This document shows positions 48,255 to 62,412 of a DNA stretch of 64,000 bases, in pieces. This DNA comes from Paraphysomonas bandaiensis (lineage: Eukaryota; Protista; Chrysophyceae): contig CBFFRP010000277.1 of NCBI GenBank assembly GCA_965644295.1, positions 62,001 to 126,000 on the forward strand, in the 5' to 3' direction. Within the stretch, counting starts at the first letter, position 1. Each line of letters opens with the position of its first letter. The notes beneath the pieces were generated by a model. The model did not search any database, was not told where the DNA came from, and saw nothing but the letters and a program-made list of their open reading frames with translations. The position numbers and the translations under genes were made by a program.

Positions 48255-48305
48255 ATTAAGCATAATTGATTTCAATTAGTTGACAATTAATTTTACGCAA
48301 CCCTG
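48255..48305. mobile_element. Isolated terminus of a hAT family-B-like element
   Basis: ttgacaattaattttacgcaaccctg resembles the TIR aattaattgatacgcagccctg. Confidence 0.5.
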
Positions 48306-48683
48306 ATTAACGTAGCATCTAGTGAAACATAGCTTCATATGCGGTTCCTATAAAGATTCCTGAGGCAGAAGAGTGTCCACTACTGAATATAAATATTTCT
48401 CAAGTCATACTCTCAGCACCGATTCATATATTATTATAAATGAAAGCCTCAATAGTAGCAGCTCATTCTATATTTTCAAATAATTAGAAGGGTCGGTAAA
48501 ATCACATTTCAACTTGATATAGTTTGATCTACAGATCATCATAAAATCACCGAGCAGGAGGGTACAGTTGTACCACTATAGCGTTGTCAGTATTCGATTT
48601 CGAAACACAAATAGAGCGACAATGCGACTCTCAACAAACAATCTCATGAATGAAACGATGAACACACAAACTACCAGCTACTA

Positions 48684-51600
48684 TTATGTGCTTGCCAGCT
48701 GCAAAACATCCCCTAGAAGCATCATTTTGATGAATGTTGGAGAAGAACTTGGATGAGTACATTTTCCCTCGCACGTCATTGTCCACAAACCGTCCTCGCT
48801 GCTTCCATCCATAAATATTTTCAACTCCAGAAGAAAGTAAACTGTCTCAATACTCATTTCCTCCTCACCACCTCTCATGTAGCCCGAAGCAAAACCATAC
48901 AAGGTTGCAACTCCCTCATTCTGACCAGCGGCCACAATATAAAAATTTTCGTTTTGTAAGTGTTCCACGAGTTGCACAATCTTAAGATCTGCAGCATCGT
49001 ACTCGGGGTACAGGCGCGCACTAAATGACGCGGAGCTACCCAGGGTATCCCACATTTTAGTGTACTGTCCCGGTGATATATTGGTATTCCTATCTATTAC
49101 TATTCCATCCTCCACTCTGTCCGGCAAGTGTTGCAAAGACGGAAGTATATCGTCGTCCCCCTCATCATCACCGTCTTCTCCTTCCGAATACTTTAAATGT
49201 CTCTGTATTGATTTGGGTGGCGTGCTATAAGCAGCCTCCGAATCCTGTAATATCCAAAAATATAAGCTATGAATAGTAGGATGTCAAAATCGCTGTTTAT
49301 TTCCCACCTGGCTATCCTCGGAATATGGAGATAGTGGTACCTGAATACGCTTCACGGTCCGCTGAGGTCGACGCAGACCTTTCCTTCCGGCCTGGGAGTT
49401 GTACATCGCCGCGTTGTGCGATGCCTGCGCCCAGTCACCTTTACCTGGAGAGAAATCTGCAGCTTTAACAGGTGATGGAGAAACAGAAGAACGCAATGTA
49501 GGGTTTTCTCTGGACGAGTCGAACTGATGGCGTGAGATTGGGGCGGCAGTCGAGGTGGCAGGTGCATTGTCCTGAAATCTAACGGAGCGCGTGGACTCGA
49601 ACTGGTCCCGAGAAGTTCTTACAGGAGAGTCCTCACTGGTGCAACTGCTACCTCCTGGCGACCCCAGTGCCATGTTGAGGTCTATTTCTGCAACCCCTAC
49701 TTCCCTCTTTTTTCTGCGTCCACCTCTTCGTCTGCTGCTGCTACTTCCTGATGAGCTACCACTGCTCCTGCTGTCGTCGCTCTCTGCGCTCGGAGACCTG
49801 CCATGCATGCGCTGGCTTACAGAATACTGTTCTGCAAGTCGCTTGGATTTCTCATCGTTGCGTATATTGAATTCATCCAACTCACTATCGTCGCTTTCTT
49901 CTCCCGTGTGGTTGTGTCGCTACAAGAACATATCACATTCCTGCGCACAAGTTTGACTCGCCATCCTTACCTGAATCTCATTCACACTATCATTCAACAT
50001 GCTGTAGACTACGTAAAATAGAATAGGGCACCACACATCCGATAGCAACAGCATGAAGACGCTTCCTGAAACCAAAGCGATCACATTATCGTTCTGGTTA
50101 TAGAATTCCTGAGAGAAAGGAGTCAATGAATATAAAAGTTAAACTATGTCGCACCGCTCCGAACGTGGTTCCCAGTGTGACCCACCCACCAATACCCCAG
50201 CAAACATCAGCAAATTTAACGGCGCACAGGACATAGAATCTACACACATTATTAGATTCAAAATACAAGTCCAGTGCACAATAAGACACCTATATGGGTT
50301 AAGGCCGTACGGAAGCGGCCATCCACCGTATTCCTGCCTTTTTCTATGTATGTAGACTTTAACATATCTGATCCATGGTCATGAACAGATCATACAGAGC
50401 TATGTGTATAACAGAGTACTGCATACCGCATTGCCCATCCAAGACACCCAAAGTATGAGAGACAGAGGATCACATCTGCCATTGCATAATAATTACTAAG
50501 TCTAACTTGCAGTTTCGAACAATGGTTAACCTGTGTCAGCAAGAAAACCTAAAAACACCAGCCCTGATGACAGAGCTTTCAATGGAAAAAACGCGGCCAG
50601 AGGGATTCCCCGGGAGGGAGACGTCATTACTCTGCTGAACCCCACAGTCGACACGCCTACTATGAATAGAACAAAATATCCCACCATCGAAACCTATACA
50701 AGAAATTAATAATATCAGTACAGAAATGTCAATAAATAAATTTTCAATGAGATGGGTACATAGAACAAAAAACACGTATACTTACAAACTGAATCCATTC
50801 AAGGGCTAGTATACGGGCCCGTATCTCCCTCATCACTTTTCGAGGACGTGCAACAGGAAGCAAGAATACCCGTACCCTCCTGTACCCAAAAACAGTATCA
50901 CGTACACACATATATATATCCACAAACAACACCCATTTTTAGAACTAACCTCTGTAAGTATTTCCTGGCTCTGTCGGCCCCTTCTGAGAGCCAAAGGAAG
51001 TAGTAAAGCGCAAGACACTTACATACAAGTACACATGCAGTAAGACCCTTAGCAGCACTACTAACAACCTGAGGTGGCCTGGAAAAAGTATGAATGTCTA
51101 GAGCGATAGAGAGTACGGTAAGCACTGTCAATAGAATCTGTGGACGGACAGAGTTGGAGGGAAAGCGCTTGAATGCAACAGATGCCATCAGCACAAGCAA
51201 GGTTGTGGAGTTATATTTCGGCGCATTTTTCAACATCTCACACCAAAATGATAAAAATAGACCTGCCGTCAGGTAAAAGACACCCGTAGTCCAACTGCTC
51301 TCGCTCACGAAGAGAATCATGACGGAACGTTTAAACATATCGTACGTCGCTACTACATTCTCCTTTCTACACTCTTTCTTCAATCCATTAAAAACATCAT
51401 TCATATATCGAGTGGTCATAGAAATCATGTCATTTGATCGTTCTGCAGGTTTTTTTCTGACTGGAAGTGACTGTGGAGGCTTCCCTTTCAAAGGAGTAGA
51501 GCTCATCTCAGACGATATCGACTGACCGCCCTCACTACGACCACTTCGCTCTGAATGATGTGATACGTTCATTTCATCATCGTCATCGGGATCACTATTT

Positions 51601-51686
51601 GTCGAAGAGAATAGCTCATGATGGGAGTACACAGACGCTTCTGGTTCAGGGGATTCGATATCAGGATCCACAGGCTCATCCATCAT
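48684..51686 (-). CDS. Multipass membrane protein with Ser/Arg-rich linker and C-terminal beta-adaptin appendage (platform)-like domain, multi-exon
   Basis: Several hydrophobic helices over exons 51686-49990; C-terminus ISPGQYTKMWDTL...HLQNENFYIVAAG...LYGFA...FLLEL resembles the beta-adaptin appendage C-terminal subdomain. Confidence 0.6.
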
Positions 51687-52138
51687 ACTCACAGTACTAA
51701 TTTAATATAAATAGATTCACTGTTATTTTTAATAGAGATGAATGAGATGTTATCACGGCTGTATGCGGTTGATGAGGATAGCCTCTCTGGTCTGGTTGTA
51801 CAGTATAGTCATGGTGTGATAATCTTAAACGATCCCGTAATTCAAACTCACTCATCTATTCCACAGTTTCCTCATATACAGTCTTGTATATCTGTATACC
51901 AGTCTGTACCTATACACAGGTATAGAGGTACATCCATCACTGGTTATAGATGTAATACATTGTAATACTCAACGTAGTATAGTAAATCAGCCGTATTCTC
52001 TGCAGTGGGTGAGAGAAGTCGAATGAAATGAATGGCCGAAGAAGGGACTCGATAGGAAATAATTGCGATGAGAGGGCTCATACTTTCTAACCATTGTATA
52101 GTTATACTATATAGTTTTAACGTCCGTGAATTTCTATC

Positions 52139-52741
52139 ATGAGAATCGGAACGTGCTACTTTTGCTCCAGTCCAGTTTATCCTGGTCATGGTGTAACATT
52201 CGTGAGAAACGACTGCAAGGTTTGTCCATCCATTAATCATTTTTAACGGACTGATATCGCGTTCTTGTAGACTTTCGAGTTTTGTCGTTCTAAATGTCAC
52301 AGAAACTTTAATAAGAAACGTAACCCACGCAAGATGAAGTGGACGAAAGCTTACCGTAAGAATGCGGGCAAAGAAATGACAGTGGTAAGACATGCTTGGT
52401 ATAGCTGGAATAGGATTATGACGCTTGGTGATTAACAGGATAGCACATTTGAATTTGAGAAGCGTCGCAACCGCCCTGTGAAGTACAACAGAGAGTTAAT
52501 GGGAACCACTCTGCGAGCGATGAAGAAGGTTAGTGATATCAAGCACAAGCGCCAGGATCTGTTCTGGAAGATGAGAATGAGAGCACATAAGGGCAAGCAG
52601 AGGGATGAAGTTAGAGCAGAAATTTCTAAGGGCATGGAACTCATTGCTCCTGCTGCAGCAAATAGAGAGAAAGCAATTGCAATTGCAACCTCGAAAGTAT
52701 CCACTAAACAAAGGGCTGAGGAAACCAAGATGTCCAACTAA
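52139..52741 (+). CDS. RLP24: Ribosome biogenesis protein RLP24 (RSL24D1), multi-exon
   Basis: [69 protein letters not shown]. Confidence 0.95.
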
Positions 52742-53705
52742 TCTTATACCGAACTCATGCCATTTAGTTTTCAGCGGATTATAATATGTGCTGACTGTGT
52801 ATAATTCCTTTAAGACTTGAGAAACTATTCATGTACATCGCGATAAAATATTTGTGTGATAAGTTCACCCCCTCTGGTTAATTGAATAATTCATAACAGA
52901 TTTTCAATATTGTGTGCGCCGAACAAATATAAATACTAGTTTGGTATTATGGCTTTATTCTTCTGTAACTGAAATATATACTGTGATTGCAGTGAAAGAT
53001 TGTTGCTCACATTTCTTTGAATTATATACCTTTCCATAATTGTTTCCAAAAGTTGTCTTGGCGAGCGAGTACCCTTCGTCCCAGGTGACGTCAGATTTAT
53101 AATGGCAGTTGAGCCGTATAGAAGTTTAATAGAATCGATAAAATTTCTAACTTAGTAGGAATGTGTGCAAAATTTAGTAGTACCAACTGCCATTTTTAGT
53201 TTAGTAGGATATCTTCAAAATTTAGTAGGAAGTAATATATTTCCAGCCCCCAAAGTGGCTTCTGCAGATAAATGATCGATATACTCATCACTCATGTAGT
53301 ATTAGTATGACAAGTGCACATTTATAGTAGGTGCATTTTGTATTTTGTAATTGCCATGCCGTCATACTTCTATGATATATATAAGTAAAGGTATGTAATT
53401 GGTCGTAGCGGCAGTCTGGGTTGTGAAGTGCCTATTGGATCCCACATCCCACGCGAGTCGTGTCTGTATCTCTTCGAAACACACTACTGGTAAACTTCAA
53501 ATGTTGCAGCATACAATAATATGCTATTCCAATTACTTTTATTTGTTTTTCGGTCACTGTAATGTATATAACGACAAAGCAAAGCAAAACTTTTCCCCCT
53601 ATCATCACAACAAACTAAATAATACCGGGAAGCAATGCAACAAGTATCGCATCGAAACAATGAAATGCTATATGACATGATTTCAACAAAACTACAAAAA
53701 CAACA

Positions 53706-54536
53706 TCATATTTCAAGGTCAAACCTTTCGCCGTCGTCAACACTAGAAGGCCTGATACTTTCATCTTTTTCTGTGTAGGAACTGCGTACCATATCTCCAT
53801 CCGCTTGATCCGGCCGACGTAACTGCCGCCTGTGGTGCCGCTGTAAATTATCCAAATCGTCGCGGACATCACGAATCGATGGAAGCAGTCGATTTCCAAG
53901 ACCAGCTTTACTTTCCCAGAAACGTAAACTAACAATATGTTCCCGGATATTCATCTGATAGGCCACCACAGGAAACATCAAGCTACGATTCGTCTGACAA
54001 AACCTCACAAACTCCTCCTTTGTCAATTTTCCATCTTTGTCGATATCCATTTTCTTGATTTTCTTATGTACATTGCCATCAGCTCCCCATGTCTTGCCGA
54101 ATAAACATTTTATATTGTGCTCCATATTACTTAGCGATAAAATTTCCTTCTTCGCTAAATGTGCATTGAACTCGCTAAGCGTCAATATTTTATAGAGGTA
54201 TTGGGCAAGCCCCGGCTCGTCAAGCGTGAGAAAAAAACAGACAAATAGTGCAAATTGAGAGAAATTAAGGCTAAGATAATGACCATGTTTGCCTGCGACC
54301 TCCGCAGAGCTGAAAAATCCAAATATACTCTCCAGGAACTGAGTGGGTTCGCATTTTACTCTGACACAAAACTCATCAAAATCTACAGTCCCACTCTTGT
54401 GTAAATCAATTTTTCGAAACGCTCGTTTCAATAATTTAATATCAGATTTATTTAAATTAAGATAGTCCATAAGGAAGTCAATATCCAGAGCGGTCTCACC
54501 AGTTTTAGCAACTTCAGATGATTCTGCGCACCCCAT
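53706..54536 (-). CDS. Calcineurin-B-like EF-hand protein with N-terminal MGC acylation motif
   Basis: Likely start MGCAES at 54536; EF loops DLHKSGTVDFDE and DIDKDGKLTKEE; LMFPVVAYQMNIR....RFW tail. Confidence 0.82.
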   Translation of the reverse strand: MGCAESSEVAKTGETALDIDFLMDYLNLNKSDIKLLKRAFRKIDLHKSGTVDFDEFCVRVKCEPTQFLESIFGFFSSAEVAGKHGHYLSLNFSQFALFVCFFLTLDEPGLAQYLYKILTLSEFNAHLAKKEILSLSNMEHNIKCLFGKTWGADGNVHKKIKKMDIDKDGKLTKEEFVRFCQTNRSLMFPVVAYQMNIREHIVSLRFWESKAGLGNRLLPSIRDVRDDLDNLQRHHRRQLRRPDQADGDMVRSSYTEKDESIRPSSVDDGERFDLEI

Positions 54537-56160
54537 AATGGAAACAAGATGCAATAATAAATATAGAAACAATTGATGTCTCACTGACGGTTCATTCTGT
54601 TGAGTGCGAGTGGTGTCGAGCAAATGAACTCTAGAACTGTTCGACTCGGCTTTGTTAGTGTGTATTTTCGCTCTGTTGGGTCGATATGTGTGTGTTTTCG
54701 TCGAGAGCAGATGAGAATACGGCACCTGTACAGCCGTATACCATGCCTAAATACAGAGCAGTATCAGTGTCCTACTACAGTATCGTACTGCACTGTGCTG
54801 TACACACTGTTGCTTGGATCTTGAGGAGATCCGCCGAATGTCATGCATGCTGGATATGGTGGAGGTATGCATGTGCATCTATTGCGGCGTCCATATTAAC
54901 AACTATTACTTTATCATAACCAAGCCTCTAGAGGAGGGTCCCTTTGGGACAAGAAACTATGAACATACCATGATAATTGCATAATTCCATTGTATGCATG
55001 TTCGTCATGCGGTATCGGTATGCATCACAGGGCCTGGACCAGCAGTTATCATGGAGATATACTCATCGCAGGAATGTGGCGTTGGAGAAGACAAGACATA
55101 CCATTCATCTTTCAACAAACCCATGCCCTTGAGCTTAGTCAAGCCAATGATTCCCTCCAATGCACTAGACGACTGTGTCTATGGAGCAAAAGTGACCCAC
55201 AATCCTTGCACTGATGCAGCATTAGTACACGCCACTTACACTGAATTCTTTCCATCCGAACGCAGACCACCCACACGATTACATCATCCCTGAATTACTA
55301 CTTAGGCGAAAAAAACTTCAATATTTAATATATATGCCAGAGTTAAAGTACAGTTGTGTGATAGTCATACGTGGTACTGAATAGAACATTACCCGCAGTT
55401 TTCGCTATTTATAAAATGTAACCTTGGTCATATGAGATAACATATAATATCAATGGCCAACAAGTCAGGGTAGTCAGTAGGTGAAGATTTCGCACCATTG
55501 CAACATGGCGTCATATTAAATAATGTAATCCTTTCTGAGAATTTTCTCTATTGTTATTATTTATATTGAGCACATCTTAAACTGCTTGAGTAGTCTCCAT
55601 GAAATGAGATGAGGAGCGCATAGAGCAGTATGTTATATATCCGCCGTATTGTTTCTTTAAGCTCTGTGACTTCGTTAGCGGTTATCGATCGCAACTTACA
55701 ATGTATACACTGACGGTTAACTCCTCTACAGGTTTACGGTTCATAGAGTTTTGCAACTATATTCAGTATCTGTTAGAGCTACATGAAACATCGGAAAGAT
55801 AGTGGAATTTCTATTGGGATGAGACAAGGTATAAAATAGACTACAGATATTTCATTTCTTAGTGTATCAATAACCATTCAGTAAAGCATAAAATTATCTT
55901 GCCCTCCTCGCTTGGAATAATCGTTTGTCAAATATCTATTAGTATATGGCTCTCAACTTCTGTCCGGGTTCAATCGCACTAGTAATTGAGTTTTGCCTAA
56001 GTTTGATATTCAGTATAAGTAATAAGACTATTTAGAATGGCTAGGCTCGTGTCAAGGTTTTACTTATATATATACCCCAGCTAATCTTCTTAGTCAACAT
56101 CAACAGCTGATCTGTGCTCACACTTATAAATAAGTAACTATAAAATATAGATTAGACATT

Positions 56161-56267
56161 CTGGTAACCGTTAATAGTAATGGCATTAATAGCCATTAAT
56201 GGAATGACATTATAATAGCCGGGAACTGCACTACCATTAAAGGGCCATTAATGTTGACCAGGCCCTG
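56161..56267. mobile_element. MITE with CCATTAAT repeats (same family as 13856-14292)
   Basis: ctggtaaccgttaat...ccattaatgttgaccaggccctg; the gccgggaactgcactaccattaa block is the reverse complement of 13890-13912. Confidence 0.55.
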
Positions 56268-56425
56268 AAATACACTATACTTTAGAAGTTCAGTACATTA
56301 AATGTAGGGTTACAGCCCATCGTTATCAGCACAAAGGACTTTGAAAGTATGGTAGTATAATATCTTGATTTATTTTACCTCGTAGCATAAGAGGTAAGAC
56401 CTCTATTTACCTCAGACCCAATAGG

Positions 56426-57252
56426 CCTGTAAGAAAATGGGCTCCACATTTTCCTTGATTGATCGCTACTTGCTTTTATCTTATCATATGCGATCATTCA
56501 AGTTTGGTTCCGACGTGTTAAAAGTCTAATTGTAGGACTATCCACCTATATACAGAGAGTATATATATGTATATTATGTCCTGTGTTATATAACTAAGTG
56601 TAGTACAATTACAGAAGTAAGGTTATCACCAGCTTGTTGACCTTCACGACGTTTGTACATTGATTGACGAACCCTTCATACTGCACTTGATTGTTGAGCG
56701 TCATTTGGGCGACAGTGCTGCTATTATTCATGACGCTGCTTTCGAAAAGGCAGTCGTGAAGATTCAATGTGGCAACGAAGCCGTAACTCGGACGGAAAAA
56801 GATCAAACTAAAACATTTTTGCTCGAAGAGAAAGAAAAGATTATGACGGTGCAAGTCTAGTTCCGAATGACGACGAAGCGCAACGTTTGATTGGTGGTAG
56901 CAGGCAGCGGAAGCGAGCAAGACTTAACCATCAAAGTTTTACGGATGAAACACTTGCATACCACAACCAATAAGGTTAAGAGGTCGTTCAGTAGAGCTAC
57001 GATTGTTATGACGGGCTTGCGCAAGAGCTTGACTCCTCAACATTTAGTGCTAATTATGTTTTTGCGCATGAATCGTTGCCTGGGCTGAATGAAATGACAG
57101 TTGAGGTAGCTATATTCGCAGCTAGTGTATTTTACTACTAAATAATTGCAATTAATTGCAATAGTTGAAATTGAGACAGCAAGTAATAATTGCAATTATA
57201 ATTGACTACAACCTGCGTCAATTAATTGACAATTAATTGATGCGCAGCCCTG
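56426..57252 (+). mobile_element. Second, truncated copy of hAT family B
   Basis: Reverse complement of 34657-35475; ends CAATTAATTGATGCGCAGCCCTG; ORF relics 56660-56860 and 56891-57088 (NKVKRSFSRA..MTGLRKSLTPQHL..IMFLRMNR). Confidence 0.9.
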
Positions 57253-57623
57253 CCAATAGGGGAGATGAAACAACATTTCCTCTACCATCAACATACTTTG
57301 ATGCAGTACCCTGTAACCTGATGATTGAATTAATCGCATGTCATGCATAATTAATATGATATACGTATAATATTCATTTCATTATAGTATCTATTTATTT
57401 CATTAGTGATCGTAGGATAATCTATTTATTGATAACCCTAATTAGGTAACGGCTAAAATACATGATCAATTATTGACCGATGTCCGTAGGATTGACAATG
57501 AAGTGGCCAACCGCAACGATTAATACATATTTCAAGCATTAAATAATTAGCACATCACACCTTTGTCGAAACACTTCTCGCTACATATCTATCAATATAT
57601 TCCAACTACCTCTACAAATGAAA

Positions 57624-60600
57624 TTAATCTGAAGATGTGACTATCATAGCTTCTCTACTCGAGACATTGCCAGAAACATCATTCTTCATCGGAACACCTT
57701 CAACTACGCCTAAAGACAATGAAACCAGTGATTCCTTTGATGCGATATTTGTTTGTGCAGATGAACAACCAGTATTACTGCATTGAGTATTAGAGCACGA
57801 ATCAACAGCAGAGGAGGGTGGGAATTCTTCAAGTTCAGACCGTGACTTCATGGGAAGGGGAGGCTCAACGCTGGATGAAGTAAAATCAACTTCAGCTTGC
57901 GCCTCTATTTCCATATCTACGGTTTCCTCATCCTCATCCCCTACCTCATCATTTCCATCATTGGCATATCCTGCCATCTCAACGGTATTGTCCAGCTCTT
58001 CCTTTTGAAATGCATCAGCACTCACCTTCGGCTGTTTGTCTTTGTCGAGCACACTGTGTGGTTTCACTTTAACATCGTTGCACTTTTTCAGATCTCTAGA
58101 ACGAGTAGGGAATGATGCATTGGCAGGAATCCTTAGTTTCCGCTTCCTCATTTTTAGTGGAAGGGATGACCCAAGGCCGGAAAGCTCACTCGTACACAAT
58201 ATATCAGGGTGTGGGTTTGTGCTTGCCTTTTCTTCGGGGATGAGAAGAAGCAATCGGAACGACAAATCTCCATCGTTGTCGTACACCGCTTCAACGTCCC
58301 CTGTTTCCTCCAGCCTGCGTAGAGTGTCGCGCAGCTCTCCGAGTCCCATTGTTGCACGACATGCCTCCATGTCATTATCCATGAAATGGGCACCACTTAG
58401 AGTATCAAAGACCTCGCCTAAGGTTGCTCCCTCTGAGGGCAACACGAGAAGACTGCTCTTGACGACTTTGCAAGCAATAACCATTCGGCGCAATAGCCCC
58501 TGAGATCGCCCTGCCTTTAAAGCCTTTCCCCACTTCCCACACACCATAGCATTAGCTTGAGGGCCAGCATACTCCCACCCTGAAAGTCTACATATGGTAT
58601 CTATAAGAGGACTCGGCTCCATCGGTTTCAGAGAAGCCCCGAGATGCTTGCTCGCAGCTGCGGTAGATGCTGATACTGCATTTCGTTTGTCGAGCCGGTG
58701 AGCTTTCGCCGATGAGTAATAATTAGCTCCTGACTCGTCGTAAAGACTACTCCACCAATACCCTACCCGACGAGTGGGCATAATATATTCATCTGTATCG
58801 GTAGGGCGGAACACCTCAGTGAATGAGAAAAGGCCATAACCGTTTTTATTCCGCTCGCTGTACGTGGGTCGGACACGTCCATCTGTGCCAAATATGAGCC
58901 TTCGATAACTGAGGGTTCCTGGACCCTTCGAATTTCCTAAAATCAGTTGAGTACGAGTCGCTCCCTGCGTGTTCTGTTCACCCTCTGAGTCCGTCTCCTC
59001 TGCACCATCGCATGTGGCTCTCTCTGGGTCCCAAATGTTCATTTCACAGAACCATTTCTCCGGTAGAGTCGAGAGATCCACTTGTCCAGGTATTTTTCGC
59101 CATTTCTTGCAGTTCTTCCGTTCACACTGAACCCACTGAGTCACTTTTTTCACAGGTGCAGCCGATGTTGACGTAGGATTTGGCTGGGCAACTTGTTCTT
59201 CGGCACCTTTTGATCGCCTTACATATCTCCCTCTCCCTCCCCCCACTTGCTGCAGAGGTGTGGAGGTGTCTGACTCTTCCTTGGCAGAGCATCGTGCGTA
59301 CTCCGGAGCCCAAGTGTTCATAGCACAATACCTGCAGACCAGTGCGTCACTCATAATATATAATAGTTGCGAAAGAACCGACGAACAAATACTTACCACA
59401 CATCAGGAAGCTCGTCTTTATCAACGCGGGCAGGCACCTTTCTCCATTTCGTACATTTATTGCACTGTACCCAAGTCACCGGCTCAACAGCTACAGGTGG
59501 TAAATCACATGGGACTGTCTCTGCTGCCGCAAGAGAAGCCGCCGAAGGCCTCCCCCGTCTTTTACGGGGAAAAGATTGAGTTTGACTACTAGTTACAGAG
59601 TCATCATCGTTATCGCTACGAGCTGAAGACTCCGCAGTCTTGAGTGATATAGACCCCCTTCTCCCTCTCCGTCCTCTGCCACCCATCCGGCCACCCCCCC
59701 TTCCGCCTCGTTTCACCTGATCCTGATCATTAAGATTCTCGTCTTCTCCAGATACAGACGTTGGTTCGGATGTTGCAGCAGCAACTGGAACTGCAGGTGA
59801 TGTGACTGGGGTTGATTCAGTGTAATGTTCTTCCTCTTTCTCACAAGAATTCCTAGCTGTGTCCCACCTGTGCATAAGGGTTATACCAGCAGTTATGGTA
59901 CACAACATGCTCATTCACACTTACTTATTCATACTACAAAACCATTCTTCCGGCAGTTCCGACAAATCTACATCCCCAGGTAAACTTCTCCATTTCGAAC
60001 ACATGTCACACTGTACCCACTGGGCAGGCAATAGAACTCTCGCGGCGCCACGTTTTCCTTTAATCTCTGGAACAGAAGCCGGGTTTTCATCTTTATTTGT
60101 GGCATCAGGTGGCTGAGTTGCGTTATTTAATTCACCTTCTTCGGGAGCAGATGACAATGCACCCCTACTTCCGCCACGAGAGGCGCTGAGTCTAGACTTT
60201 GCTACCACCGCTGCGGCTCTAGAAGACCGCTGGCCACTTTGCGACTCATCGTCTGCATCGTTTCCTTCTTCCTGATCGTATCCGTCTTCTGCACTCTCTG
60301 ACTTCCTCCTGCGACGAGTTCCAGTGTGATCCTTCTTTGTGTGTTTGGTGTTCGTGGGAGCGTCTGGTTTAGAGACGTCCTCATTCTGGGTCCCTATATC
60401 TATATTATCAAGTTTATCATTCTGAGGAGCCGTAATCACAACATTGGAATCAAAATCACTCTTTTCTGTTACTTGCTCTCCATTAGACTCGGATGCTTCA
60501 TTCTCAAAACTGCGCACAGGTAACGCCACCGACACTGACTGCGCCGACTCCATGGTGTCAGCAGCACCCGCAACCTGACTCTCATGTGGCTTATCCCCAT

Positions 60601-61797
60601 CCATTTTCTTTGGCTCTTGAACTTTAATGGAGGCAACCTCATTTTGCTGTTCTACGTGGTCGATCTTAACTGGTTTATGCACCTCCAATATTTGGATTTC
60701 TGCTTTAGACACTTCACTCAGCTGTTCCTCCTCTCGATCATGAGCTGGCATATCCACCTTCACTCCTTCCTCCTCTTGAATTTCTTTTGGGGGGCTTGCA
60801 TTCTGCTCCTCTTGATCTTGAATATCGTCACTCTTTGTTTCTTCCGTTACTCGAATTTCTACTAAACCACCCTCATTTAGCGTCTCCAACTCTTGATTCT
60901 TAACTGTGTTAACAATCGATGATTTTTCAGTGTCCTTAATATCTACAGGAGCATCTTGAACGAGAGAATTTTCTTCATGCTTCTCAAATAGTTTACTTCC
61001 TACTACTTTATCCCTCAGAGATGTATCGCCAGCTTCCATTGACACAGGCAATGATATCGTCTCAACCTTCGTTTCCTTCTCTCGTGACGGGGTGCTGGAT
61101 ACACTACTGCTGCGGGACGGCCGTGTCTTCTTTGTACGAGGAGACTCGTCTTCCTCTACAATATCATCTCTGACTCTACCCTTTGCTCTCTCTTTGCAAT
61201 GTTTAGATTTGCGGCCGTCCATTTCATTGTCATTTTCCTTGCCATTATTCAATTTATCAATCACCGCTCCTTCTTCCATACTAAACGAAAGTGTCTCGCT
61301 AGAAGCAGTGGATGCTTTCTTTAGAGATGATGGCTCGCTTCTGTTATGTCCTACACCTTTGTTACTCTTTGTGTCCTCTGCAATTTTGCTCGGGGTCACG
61401 ACATCCTTCTCCTGTAAACGAACACGGGCATCATCATCCGCATCAACAGCTTTGGATCCGGCCTTACTGCCAGACCGGTCACGTGATTTCTCATTACGAT
61501 ATTCTAACTTCGAAGCTCCACTATCCTTTGTATCTAACACATCACAACGAAAGTGAGGAATATTAAAATCATCAGTATCAGTATCATATTACCAGTCACT
61601 GTCTCCAACCCCTCCTCCGCCCCCCCAGTGTGATTCTTCTTTAAAGGCTTTGCCTCATCCGCTAGAGTCTCAGATGGGGTGCGTTTTCTCTTAGGAGGTT
61701 TAATTGATGGGTTTGTAGTAGAGGGTGTCTTGTGCTCCGTCTGTGTCTGCTTAGTCTCTTCAATGCTCAGCTTCAGAGCCAACCTCAACGACGACAT
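57624..61797 (-). CDS. Chromatin protein with three CW-type zinc fingers and an AT-hook-like motif, multi-exon
   Basis: Three WVQC..C.KWR..P..VD...LP..W.C.MN.W motifs; RKRRGRP; long acidic disordered N-terminus. Confidence 0.88.
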
Positions 61798-62412
61798 TAC
61801 TACAACCGTCTACTGACACCAGATATTAATATGACTCAGTATATTATCAGGGCACATCATATTTGACTATCCTCTAGTGTATATTTGTATATATGACAAC
61901 ACCCTGCATATGCATGTACCACACTGCCGTATACGCATCTCTTAATACTCTCCTACATATCAACACACTCCTTTATGTAGTATTGAACTTCGCAGTGCAT
62001 ACAGAATGTATTCTCTTTTTTTGTCTTGGTGTCACCAATACTCTGCTGTATATGAATGATATGACTACAAAAATGATCCATACACGCTTTTATGTACAGA
62101 ATGTTGCGAAATGTACGCCACACAAATATATAGCCTTTCAAAATATACTGTACATGACCAGGAGCAGATGTGAAAAGCAGAGTGCGCCGACATGTTTCTG
62201 TTTTTTTGTCCATGTGGATATGACGAACTGTGTCTCATTGATATACCTATACGAGTCGTAGTCGTCACCTACAGCCGTACTCCCTTGCCTTGCCATCGTA
62301 TATGATGACTGTCATGTGGATGGCCTGTTTCAGAGATAGGCTTTCGATATGTGTGTATCGACCGTAGTAACATTAGCACACTGCTTGAAGGTAGTTATAT
62401 TAGCTCTCCAGT

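Noticed and set aside
54537-54725. N-terminal extension of the EF-hand ORF
   Set aside because: The MGC acylation motif at 54536 must be N-terminal to function; the upstream part looks like UTR
54950-55300. GC-richer segment with short ORFs
   Set aside because: No recognisable motif in any frame; may be a pseudogene fragment but cannot be supported
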